The notes under the pieces were generated by a model that had not been told where the DNA came from, did no database searches, and was given only the letters and a program-made list of their open reading frames with translations. Position numbers and translations under genes: made by a program. From a virus, in IMG/VR virus record IMGVR_UViG_3300025646_000028, positions 8,765 to 72,764 of that record: DNA of 64,000 bases; one strand, 5' to 3'. This document shows, piece after piece, positions 1 to 9,700 of this stretch. Each line of letters begins with the position of its first letter. Position 1 is the stretch's first letter.

Positions 1-202
1 TACTATCCCTGTTAAAGATGACACCACCTTATTAGAAATTGCCAATAGTGCTATCGGTTCTACCTTCAAAGTTACTATCTATAACTATGTTTCTAAGACT
101 GGTAAGAACGCTGGTAAAACTCAACACGGATTATCCTTTAAAGATAAACCTGTGTTAGAAACAACTACGATTGAATCTGAAGAAGTAGAATTACCATTCT
201 AA
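1..202 (+). CDS. 3' end of a gene cut by the window edge; probable ssDNA-binding protein
   Basis: Frame 2 is open from the window start to TAA at 200-202 and ends in the acidic tail IESEEVELPF, typical of SSB C-termini; lies in a replication/recombination module. Confidence 0.5.
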   Translation, partial: TIPVKDDTTLLEIANSAIGSTFKVTIYNYVSKTGKNAGKTQHGLSFKDKPVLETTTIESEEVELPF

Positions 203-212
203 ATAACACATT

Positions 213-1535
213 ATGAAACACGCTTACCTGTTGTACACAGGTTATGGCAAAACAAAAATGTGTCTTGATAAAATAATGGCTGCTCCTACCAAGCCAAGAA
301 CATTACTTATTAGTACTAAGAATGTTATTGAATCTTCATGGGGTAGTGAGATTGAGAAATGGTATCCAGGACAAATAAGTTATGGGTACATTACAGGTAA
401 AATCAAAGAACAAGATAGACTAGATATTGTGAATAAAGATTACGACATCCTAGGTATGAATACCGAAATGTTGGACTGGTACATCAGTCATACAACAAAC
501 GTCAAGCGTAAATCTTACACAAAGCATGGCATTAAACTTCACTATGATGAACAAGATCTTATCAAACGATTTGATCTACTTATCATAGATGAAGTAAGCT
601 TGTTCAAAAATTATCGTTCGCAAAGATTTAAACTCATTAAAAAATGGGCACATCAAATGAAGAACGTTATGATTTTATCCGCAACTCCTACACCAAAAAA
701 CATTGAAGACATCTGGGCTCCTATCTATTTATTAGATGGGGGCCAACGGTTAGGTAAAAACATTACAGAGTTTCGCAATAACTATGCGATAGCTGTTCCA
801 TTATTTAACGGACAAAACCGTTATCAGTATTCTGTTGAAGCAACTAATCATGTGCTAAGTCTTATCAAAGACGTATCAACAAGTATACCTGAACCTGATC
901 AAGCACTGTTTCCAGAACCTATTATTAAAAAGATTTTGATTAAGCCTGACCAAGCTACTCAAGAATTGTTACAACAATTTAAGAATGATTTCATTGTTCA
1001 ATTGAATAACGGTAATAACTTAATTGCTTTTAGCAAGACACAGTTAATTGGTAAGATTAATCAGATCGCTAGTGGCAATGTTTATAATCAAGATCAAGTT
1101 GTTCATATTAATAACTTGAAGATGATGGTATTACAACAACGCTTAGCTACAATACAAACACCAGTACTTGTTACATACACGTACTTGTTTGATAAAGAAG
1201 AGTTGTTAAAAATACCTGGAGCAAGATTGCTATCTGACAAACAAGACTTCGAAGATTGGAATGCTAACAAAATTAAAGTTGGTATTCTTAGTCCATTCAG
1301 TGCAGCACACGGACTCAATCTACAGTATAGTGATTGTCAAGATATCTTTTGGTTCAGTCCTATATGGGATACAGAAAAGTGGATTCAAACAAATGCACGC
1401 GTCTGTAGAAGAGGACAAACAAGACAAGTAACAATCAATGTATTGTTGCTTAAAGAAAGCTATGACGATTATGCTTTTGAATTATGCCAAGAAAAATTCA
1501 GAATGCAATATAGTAACTTGGTAAAATTAAAATGA
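213..1535 (+). CDS. SNF2-like (SF2) phage helicase
   Basis: Walker A TGYGKT, Walker B LIIDE, motif III SATP, motif V AAHGLNLQ, motif VI QTNARVCRRGQ. Confidence 0.9.
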   Translation: MKHAYLLYTGYGKTKMCLDKIMAAPTKPRTLLISTKNVIESSWGSEIEKWYPGQISYGYITGKIKEQDRLDIVNKDYDILGMNTEMLDWYISHTTNVKRKSYTKHGIKLHYDEQDLIKRFDLLIIDEVSLFKNYRSQRFKLIKKWAHQMKNVMILSATPTPKNIEDIWAPIYLLDGGQRLGKNITEFRNNYAIAVPLFNGQNRYQYSVEATNHVLSLIKDVSTSIPEPDQALFPEPIIKKILIKPDQATQELLQQFKNDFIVQLNNGNNLIAFSKTQLIGKINQIASGNVYNQDQVVHINNLKMMVLQQRLATIQTPVLVTYTYLFDKEELLKIPGARLLSDKQDFEDWNANKIKVGILSPFSAAHGLNLQYSDCQDIFWFSPIWDTEKWIQTNARVCRRGQTRQVTINVLLLKESYDDYAFELCQEKFRMQYSNLVKLK

Positions 1536-1547
1536 AGGGAGACCTGC

Positions 1548-3536
1548 ATGGTCAAATATCTTATCTTCGATACTGAAACCACAGGTCTCAATATCGTTAA
1601 AGACAAACCATTTATGTTTCAATATGGGTTAGTAGATGAACATCTTCAACTTATAGAATCTAAATGGTTTCATGTTACTGATAAAGTAAGCCGTGATGTA
1701 TTTCATCAACACTTAAAAAATGTTCCTACAATTGTTGGACACAACATTAAGTTTGATATTCACATGGCAATCAATGATGGATTTGATATTGAATTATTTC
1801 ATAACAAAAACTACATTGATACTGCCGTGATGGCACGTCTTGTCGTAGATCATGATACACAAACTGATAAAACATTTTCAGTAGCACTAAAACAATTGAG
1901 TGTTCGTTACTTAGGTATCGATGCAAACAAAGAAGAACGTGCTTTAAAAATGGAACTCAGTGGACTTGTATCTAAACACAAACAACAAATGAAAGATTAC
2001 TTTATTAGTCAAGGACTTTGGGATAATAAACAAAACCAAACAACACAAACAAGAATTCTTAATGAAGTCTATTTGAATTGGAATAAAGTATTTCACTTGT
2101 ATCCACAACTTACTCAAGCTCGTAAGACATTCTTAAAAAATAATCCTGAACCAACTTATGAACAATGTTCTAACGTTGTAACATATGGTCTAACAGATAT
2201 TAAACTTACACACGGCTTACTTAGATTGTGGTATGCACGTTTAGTTAAACTAGATCAAGTCGATACACTTCGTAGAATTAGCCAAGCAATTATGCCGCTT
2301 GTTGTAATGGAACGTCACGGTCTTACTGTTGATGTTAAACAAGTACTACAAGATCGTGCCAAGATTGTATCTGAATTAGATAAAACAAAGATCATTGATC
2401 CTCGTACTAACACAGAACTATCTATTGGTCAACACGCAAAGCTTAAAGAATTGTACGAATACGAATCAGGTATGGAACTCAATAGCTCTGATAAAGAAAC
2501 TCGTAGTGAAATAGAATTACTATCTCCTGCTGCTAAAGCTGCAAACTATATTGCTAAGTTAGACAAGTATCTCAATACATATGTAAGATCTATCCTTGAT
2601 AAACTTACAGAAGTTAATGGAGAATACCGTGTCTTTACACAATATAATTTAGCAGGTACTGTAACAGGTAGATTGTCATCTGACTTTCAACAGTTTCCTA
2701 AAGAAGCAATTGCACTAGCTGATGGATATGAAGTTAATATTCGTAGCTGGTTTGTTGTACCTAAACAAGATAAGTACATGTTCTACTTTGACTATAGTCA
2801 AATGGAACTACGACTTCAATGTGAATGGACTAGCATTGTCAATGGTGAACCAGACATTAATATGGCTCGTGCTTTTACACCGTACAAATGCATACAACGA
2901 GATGGTAATTATTATCTCGAAGAAAGTCCAGATGTACAATGGAAGCCAACTGACTTACATGCACTGACTGCTAAGAACGCATTTCCAACTGTAGATGAAA
3001 GACATCCTGATTGGAGTAACTATCGTCAACTTGGTAAGCGTACTAACTTTGCAGTTAACTATGGCGCAGCTGCACCTAAAATACAACAAGCATTGAAGGT
3101 AGATTTTCCTACTGCACAAGCACTTGTCAATGGTTATAAGAAAGCTTTCGCAGGTGTTGTAGCTTTTGGTAATTGGATTAAACGACGTGTGTATATTACT
3201 GACAATGTTCCTAACTTATTGTTACGTAGATACTATAGTCGTAATAAACATCAGTTGCAAAACTGGTTAGTCCAAGGCAGTGGTGCTGACATACTGTTAC
3301 TTAAGCTTAGAGAAATTTTTAACTACATTAAAGATAAACCTCATTGGAAGTTTATGATTACTGTTCATGATGAAATTGGTTTTGTTTGCGGTAATGTAAA
3401 TGAAACCCAGTTGCATCAAGAAGTAAAAGACATCCAAAAGATTATGACACATAGTATGAGTGCTATAGATATTATCAGTGACGTAGAATATACAACGACC
3501 AAATGGTCAGAAAAGGATGAATGGCATGGAATTTAA
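1548..3536 (+). CDS. Family A DNA polymerase with 3'-5' exonuclease
   Basis: ExoI FDTET, ExoII GHNIKFD, TVTGRLSS..FQQ, motif A DYSQMELR, motif B RQLGKRTNFAVNYG, VQGSGAD, motif C VHDE. Confidence 0.95.
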   Translation: MVKYLIFDTETTGLNIVKDKPFMFQYGLVDEHLQLIESKWFHVTDKVSRDVFHQHLKNVPTIVGHNIKFDIHMAINDGFDIELFHNKNYIDTAVMARLVVDHDTQTDKTFSVALKQLSVRYLGIDANKEERALKMELSGLVSKHKQQMKDYFISQGLWDNKQNQTTQTRILNEVYLNWNKVFHLYPQLTQARKTFLKNNPEPTYEQCSNVVTYGLTDIKLTHGLLRLWYARLVKLDQVDTLRRISQAIMPLVVMERHGLTVDVKQVLQDRAKIVSELDKTKIIDPRTNTELSIGQHAKLKELYEYESGMELNSSDKETRSEIELLSPAAKAANYIAKLDKYLNTYVRSILDKLTEVNGEYRVFTQYNLAGTVTGRLSSDFQQFPKEAIALADGYEVNIRSWFVVPKQDKYMFYFDYSQMELRLQCEWTSIVNGEPDINMARAFTPYKCIQRDGNYYLEESPDVQWKPTDLHALTAKNAFPTVDERHPDWSNYRQLGKRTNFAVNYGAAAPKIQQALKVDFPTAQALVNGYKKAFAGVVAFGNWIKRRVYITDNVPNLLLRRYYSRNKHQLQNWLVQGSGADILLLKLREIFNYIKDKPHWKFMITVHDEIGFVCGNVNETQLHQEVKDIQKIMTHSMSAIDIISDVEYTTTKWSEKDEWHGI

Positions 3537-4440
3537 TGCAGACACACATGAGTATACTCATAACAATGAAAAGTATACAAGCGTAACTCAGCTGCTTAAA
3601 AAGTACAACCTATCGGTAGACTATGATGGGATACCAAAAGATGTATTAACTAAAGCAGCTAACCGTGGTAAAGCAACCCACGCAAGTTTAGAATCATATG
3701 TTAAAGGAGATCGAAGTGAGCTTAATATAACTAGCGAAGTAGATCTTTTACATAACTATGTAACTACACGTGGTATTGATTTAGCCACAGCACAATCCGA
3801 ACAACTTGTCTTTAATGATAAGTATAAGATAGCAGGTACTGTTGACTTTCAATATGTTGATGGTATTGATAAAGTTATTGCTGACTTCAAGACTACATCT
3901 ACTTTACATTTAGATGCAGTATCATGGCAGCTAAGTATCTATAACTATATCTTATCTGGTGGTGACGTAATGAACTATTACTTTAATAAACTTAAAGTGT
4001 TCCATTATACAACCAGTAAGTTATATGTTAAAGATATCTATCTTGTAGAGTTCGATCAAGTCGAAGCATTGCTTGAAGCAAATCTAAAAGATGAACCAAC
4101 ATTTAATTATGTTAAACCTAATAAAATTGTTGCTGGTTCAGATGAACAATTGATTGGTCAAGTGCTTGCAGAAATTGCATCACATAAAGAAATTGTTAGC
4201 CGTCTTCAAGATGAATTAGATTTGTTATTAGAAAAAGCTAAAGAACGTATGGTTCAATCAAATGATTATACATTTGCTAATGATGATTATCGATTGATAT
4301 ATGTACATCCTCAACAACGTACTACTTTAGATAGTAATAAAGTTAAAGAATATCTTGAACAACAAGGTCAAGATATTAAAGACTTTATGAAAGAATCTAC
4401 CACTAAAGATGGTATTAAAGCTGAACTTCGACGACGTTAA
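3517..4440 (+). CDS. PD-(D/E)xK (Cas4/YqaJ-like) exonuclease
   Basis: SVTQLL, RGKATH, IAGTVD, ADFKT, WQLSIY; C-terminal coiled coil. Confidence 0.85.
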   Translation: MNGMEFNADTHEYTHNNEKYTSVTQLLKKYNLSVDYDGIPKDVLTKAANRGKATHASLESYVKGDRSELNITSEVDLLHNYVTTRGIDLATAQSEQLVFNDKYKIAGTVDFQYVDGIDKVIADFKTTSTLHLDAVSWQLSIYNYILSGGDVMNYYFNKLKVFHYTTSKLYVKDIYLVEFDQVEALLEANLKDEPTFNYVKPNKIVAGSDEQLIGQVLAEIASHKEIVSRLQDELDLLLEKAKERMVQSNDYTFANDDYRLIYVHPQQRTTLDSNKVKEYLEQQGQDIKDFMKESTTKDGIKAELRRR

Positions 4441-4446
4441 AATAAC

Positions 4447-4477
4447 AGCGCTGGCATACCGCTATAAATAGTATGCC
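4447..4477 (+). promoter_or_regulatory. Putative H-type pseudoknot/hairpin just upstream of a Shine-Dalgarno
   Basis: AGCG/CGCT and GGCATAC/GTATGCC stems; AAGGAG follows. Confidence 0.4.
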
Positions 4478-4493
4478 TTAAAGGAGAACTAAC

Positions 4494-5402
4494 ATGGCCT
4501 TAATATTACAAGCCGCAACTAAAGTATTAAAACCACTTAAAGTTTTATCTTATGGTCCAACGTATAGTGGTAAAACATTATCTTCATTGTACTTAGCTGT
4601 AGGTTTAGTTATGAAAATTCGTAACTGCAGTGAAGCTGATGCATACAAACACATTGTTATGATTGACACTGAGTTTGGTCGTGGTGCTTTATACAATAAG
4701 ATTGGTTTATATAATTATCTTCGTATTGATCCACCGTATTATACAGAAAAATTAGTAGATATGATTTCTCAACTTAATGAAATGGACCAAGTTGATGTTA
4801 TTATTATTGACTCACTCACACATTTCTGGGTTAAAGAAGGTGGTATCTTAGATCAAAAAGCTGCCAAAGATAAACTTGGTGGTAACTCTTATACTAACTG
4901 GCAAGACTTTACTGCTAAGTTTAATAAGATGATTGATAGTATTCTTACTTCACCAAAGCATATCTTTACTACAGCACGTGCTAAAACTGATACCGCATTA
5001 GTAACAGGTGACAATGGTAAAGCTACACCAAAATCTTATGGTCTTAAACCTGAGTTGCGTGATAACGTAGAATATGATTTCGATATTGTATTTAACATTG
5101 ATAAGCAATCTCACAACCTTATCGTAGATAAAGGTGTACCAGGTCTAAAACCTGTGTATGAGATTGCAACCGTAGATACTGGTAAAGAAATCTATAGTCT
5201 ATTTAGCGCAGATGCTGTCATCCCTGCTCGTACTAAATCGGATATTGCTGATAGTATTCGTGCTGTAGCTAAAGCTAATAGTATGATTCCATTTGTTCAA
5301 CTAGAATTACGTGGTCGTAAACTGGAAGACTTAGAAGAATCTGATATGCTTAGTTTAGAAAAAGCTTTACTTGATAACGTCAAGAAAATGCAATCTAAAT
5401 AA
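4494..5402 (+). CDS. AAA_24 / Sak4-like ATPase (recombinase-like)
   Basis: Walker A GPTYSGKT, IDTEFG, Walker B IIIDSLTHFW, EYDFD; next to an exonuclease gene. Confidence 0.85.
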   Translation: MALILQAATKVLKPLKVLSYGPTYSGKTLSSLYLAVGLVMKIRNCSEADAYKHIVMIDTEFGRGALYNKIGLYNYLRIDPPYYTEKLVDMISQLNEMDQVDVIIIDSLTHFWVKEGGILDQKAAKDKLGGNSYTNWQDFTAKFNKMIDSILTSPKHIFTTARAKTDTALVTGDNGKATPKSYGLKPELRDNVEYDFDIVFNIDKQSHNLIVDKGVPGLKPVYEIATVDTGKEIYSLFSADAVIPARTKSDIADSIRAVAKANSMIPFVQLELRGRKLEDLEESDMLSLEKALLDNVKKMQSK

Positions 5403-5404
5403 TT

Positions 5405-6172
5405 ATGGCTAATATCAGTGATGCTTCTGGTGTCATTGATATCAAAGGTGCATGGACTGAAGATCAAATTAAATCACTTTCTTATGTTTTATTCTTTCAA
5501 AACAATTTTGGTGATTATGGTTTTCAGTTCATAAACTTTGATGCGGTGTACCAATCGCTTATTAAAGAACGTTCCGTACCTTTTAGTGGCACAGGTCGTT
5601 GGTCATTCACTACTAATTTATCTTCGTTTACTGAATGGACAGATCTAACAAAAGATAGTTTTGAATTAGTTGATAAAACTATACCATTACAACAACAGAT
5701 AAGTTATGCTCAATATTGCAAACATCGAATAAATACAATGACAGCTTTAACATCTAAAGATCGTAGTTTAGATATTGTGTTTGCTGATTATGAACCTGGT
5801 GTTAGTATGGCATATCAAGCAACAGGTAGTATTGTAGGTGTTATATCTTATGATAGTATAACTAAAGAAACTGATGCTAGATTTGAATACATAGAAAAAA
5901 GTGTAAAAGAATATGAATGTAATTTAAAATTTTTAACAGAATTTGTATTAGGTAATGACTTAGATAAATTGTGGAATGTTTGTTATTCTATTATTAGTAG
6001 ACATTACGGAGACCTTATAAAAATACATAAAGAAAATTCAATAGATATTTTAATAGAGTTTGTAATGAAGGATCCTGAATGGTATAACTTAAGGGATTCT
6101 GAATATGAAGAAGTACAATCTGTCCCGGAAGAAATCCAAAACTTCCTATCAAATATGGTGAAGGGAGGATAG
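5405..6172 (+). CDS. Hypothetical protein
   Basis: 255-aa ORF tightly packed in the operon. Confidence 0.75.
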   Translation: MANISDASGVIDIKGAWTEDQIKSLSYVLFFQNNFGDYGFQFINFDAVYQSLIKERSVPFSGTGRWSFTTNLSSFTEWTDLTKDSFELVDKTIPLQQQISYAQYCKHRINTMTALTSKDRSLDIVFADYEPGVSMAYQATGSIVGVISYDSITKETDARFEYIEKSVKEYECNLKFLTEFVLGNDLDKLWNVCYSIISRHYGDLIKIHKENSIDILIEFVMKDPEWYNLRDSEYEEVQSVPEEIQNFLSNMVKGG

Positions 6173-6436
6173 ATGAATGTCAAAGATTTAGTATCTAAGT
6201 TTTATTACGACGCTAGTAAACCTGTTGTATTTATTATTAATGATAAAAGCTACACTTATTATGAAGTAGTAGATAATCCTGTATTATTGAAAATGGAAAT
6301 TAATAAAATAGAAATACAAGGTAAAGTTTATGAATTAACAAGTGATGATGTTTTACAATATAACTCTCATGTTATACATGATTTTGTTATACCTGATAAC
6401 GCTCATTACTTTTTAATTAAAATTATTATTAAATGA
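6173..6436 (+). CDS. Hypothetical protein
   Basis: GGAGG RBS; abuts the upstream stop. Confidence 0.7.
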   Translation: MNVKDLVSKFYYDASKPVVFIINDKSYTYYEVVDNPVLLKMEINKIEIQGKVYELTSDDVLQYNSHVIHDFVIPDNAHYFLIKIIIK

Positions 6437-6450
6437 AAGGAGGAATAAGT

Positions 6451-6669
6451 ATGTATTCATATACATTTAATGGTATTACTTATACAGCTAACACAGTTCT
6501 TGAACTTCAAATGAAGTTAGAACAAGTTGGATGTACTGATGATATTATTGCATTCTTTAATCAAGAAGCTTTAGCATCTTTACAAGATGATGAAGATCTT
6601 GCTAATGCAGATATGCAAGAAGAAGTTGTAACAGACTTTGAAGATGATGGTTTAAATCAACTAAACTAA
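6451..6669 (+). CDS. Small acidic hypothetical protein
   Basis: AGGAGG RBS precedes ATG at 6451 (track start is 6433); very acidic C-terminus. Confidence 0.7.
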   Translation: MYSYTFNGITYTANTVLELQMKLEQVGCTDDIIAFFNQEALASLQDDEDLANADMQEEVVTDFEDDGLNQLN

Positions 6670-6762
6670 CTAAACAATTCTAGGGGGATTGTTTACTTAG
6701 GTCAACTATAATGCCCGTCTTATAGTTGGTGTATCCGAGGTATGGCTACCTGACGGGCTTTT
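6666..6762 (+). ncRNA. Structured element (hairpin plus pseudoknot) between convergent operons
   Basis: Stems TAAACAAT/ATTGTTTA, CAACTATAA/TTATAGTTG and AGGTA/TACCT; loop GCCCGTC pairs with GACGGGC; T-tract follows. Confidence 0.45.
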
Positions 6763-9700
6763 ATCCTATTACGTTTCTTGACTGTCTCCAACGAACATAT
6801 TGTCTCCATTGAATATCTTTAACTAATGAATAAGGATTTATTTTTGGTTTACGCATACGTCCATACTTATTAAACCAATCACGATAAATATTTTCGTACT
6901 TCGCGTATCTACCATTTCTACCGTATCTATATTGCCGTGGAGTATACTTACCATAATTGTTTATATCATAAGCAAAACCACGGAATGTTGTACCGATAGA
7001 AGCTGGACGTGTTTCTAATAACTCTCTAGCTACAGGAACTTGTGCTGCTTGTTGACGTAAGTTAGTTTGTAACGCCATGTCACTTACACCTGTAACGGTA
7101 TTAGCTAAACGTCCAACTAATCCTAATGAAGCTAACTGATTTAATGCTTCAAATACACTTCGTTTTTCTACTAATGTTTTAACACCACGAAGTATAGGAG
7201 ACATGCGACCTTCAAATGCTTCTTGTGTATTGTATAGAATATTCATTACATCAAGTGCACCGTTACCTAAACGTATACCAAAAGTAGGACTTAAAGGAAT
7301 CCAACCATTACGCATTTGATATTTAATATAATCATTATATTCTTTTTCTTCTTCATCAATATATTGACCGTACCAACCGTCAAGGAAGTCAGACATAAAT
7401 CTCCACCAACGAGGACTGTTTAAACGATGTATCCAGTTAGTTATTGAACGCACAGGAAAAGAGATAAATGGAATGTCAGCCATTAAACGTTGTTCTAATG
7501 GAGATCTTAGACCGTAATTAAACCAGCTTCGTAAAGATGCTAATACAGATTCATCAAATGATTTATTGTAAATCATTAAGTTGTATAAAAAGTTTGTAAC
7601 ACGCGCACCGTTTTCAATAAAGGTATTAATACGGTCATAACCATCAATTAATGATGCTGTTAAACCTCTGAACGGTCCGCCAAAACCTTTAGCTAACTTA
7701 CGGTCTTTACGCGCATCTGCAATCATCTTTTTAATTTCTTCATATGATTTTGAAGACAAATCATTTTCGTCATAACCTTTATAGTTTGCAAATACTTCTG
7801 GTAACAATTCAAAATTATCTTTACGCAAGTAGTCAGACGTAGCAGCAGTATTCATGAAAGCACTTAATTGTTTTAGTAATGTTTTCTTCCATTTGTTTTT
7901 ATCATCAAAAATAGCTTTGCCTAATTTAGTAAGTCCTTTACGAACTTTACCATTTTCATCTCTTGCATCTACGCGTAAACCTGCAACCCACTTGCCGTTA
8001 ATTTCTTGGTTGTCGTATAGTTCAATGAATTCACCGAAACGAATGTTACTAACAAACTTAGCTGCGTCATAAAGCACATTTGTATATTTATCAATATTCT
8101 TTATTGTTATTAAATTCATTTGTTTTAATAAACGTTTTACTATAGGTAAATAATATTTAATACGCGGGCTTTCATTTTCTTTAGTTGCCCCAATAGCAAC
8201 ATAACTTTCTAAAACTTCTTTCATTAAACCTAAACGAGATTCAATTAACTTTGGATTACGTACTTTACTTTTTAGTTCTTTAATAATATCTTCGTAGTGC
8301 AAACCAATATTAATAATACTTGCGGTGTGTTCGTCACTATACTTTTCATAGTAACTCATAAGTTCTAAAGAAGTCATCGTCATATGGATAAAGTCATTTG
8401 ACTCTACTGTTTTAGGAAGTATTTGTGCATTGCTAAACAACTGATACACTGTATCATTTAAGTTTCTAAATAAGAATGCCGCACTAAACTTAGAAATATT
8501 CTTAGATAACAACTGTAATTTATAAGCAAAGAGTTCGATACCTGCAGGTTTTCTACGGCTAGTGTAAGTAGTTTCCATTGCTTGTATCCATGTATTAAGA
8601 TCAACAAACCCTACAATAGGTACAGCACCAGTGCCATCATCTTTAACTGCGTTATAAAGAGTTCTTAATTCATCTATGCTATTAATCTTAATCTCTTTAT
8701 AAGTCGGAGTTAAAGCTCTGTTGTCTTTTAATACAACAGTCGGATCAATTTGATCATAGACTTTACCGTTGTATACAACCTTGCCACCTTCTTTTTGGTA
8801 TGCTTCTAATTCTTCTAACGTTTTAAACTTTAACGCTTTGATTTCTTTTTCAGTAAACTGTGTATACAATTGATCTTTACTGTCTTTTTTAGGATCAAAA
8901 CGTCTAATGTTGTCTACAATAGATTTATAAGCGCCTTCATCTTTATAAGGATCTTTAACAATTACTAAACGATAATCTTGTTGACGTGTGCGTAAAAACT
9001 CATACACAATTTTTAAACTTACGTCCAGGTTATTAGGGTTAATCATGTTTGTTAATAACGTAACATCATTAGCCATAGCTAATCTAGCTCTAACTTTAGA
9101 ACTATCAAGATCTTCTTGTGTTAAATAACGTGGTTTACCTACATTGCTGTCGCCTAAACCGTAGCCATCTACTGTACGCAACAGTAAAATTCCGCCACCT
9201 AAATTATTAATCAACGCATTTTCTAATGCTTTAGATCTTAACTCTTGTTTAGCTTCTTCAATTTGTCTATTTTCTTCTTCTAGTTTAGCGATAGGATCTT
9301 CATTATTTTCGTACCATTCTTTAATACGTTCTGTATTTAATAACGATTTTTCTTCAGCACTAAGTTTGACTTCTTCAGCTTTGACTGCTTTTTCTAAATC
9401 TTTTATTTCTAATTCAATAGCACGTTTACGATTTTGAAGTGCGTTAAGTTCACCTATACCATTCTTAATTTTATTTTGTAGACGTGCATTTTTTACACGT
9501 GGGTTTTGTAGCTTTAATTGCGCACTAGATTTAAGATTTAAATCTGCTTGTAGTTTCTTTATTTCTTTAATTCTAGCTATGACTTCTTCTTTTTGAATCA
9601 ATAATAATTCAATATCTGTTTTTAAATTACCAATAAACTCATTGACTTTTGTTGTCTCTGAATCGAATGTTGCGTATTGCAACTTGCTTGTTAAAGCGTT

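Noticed and set aside
3517-4440. Cas4 as part of a CRISPR system
   Set aside because: No array, no other cas genes and no Fe-S cysteines; ordinary phage recombination exonuclease
4447-4477. preQ1-I riboswitch (CCGCTATAAA resembles its 3' side)
   Set aside because: Lacks the conserved loop-1 nucleotides, has a 7-bp S2, and the downstream gene is unrelated to queuosine
6701-6760. Assignment to a known self-cleaving ribozyme class
   Set aside because: No CUGANGA/GAAA hammerhead core, and no P3/L3 nested within P1 as HDV-like or theta ribozymes need; kept only as an unclassified structure
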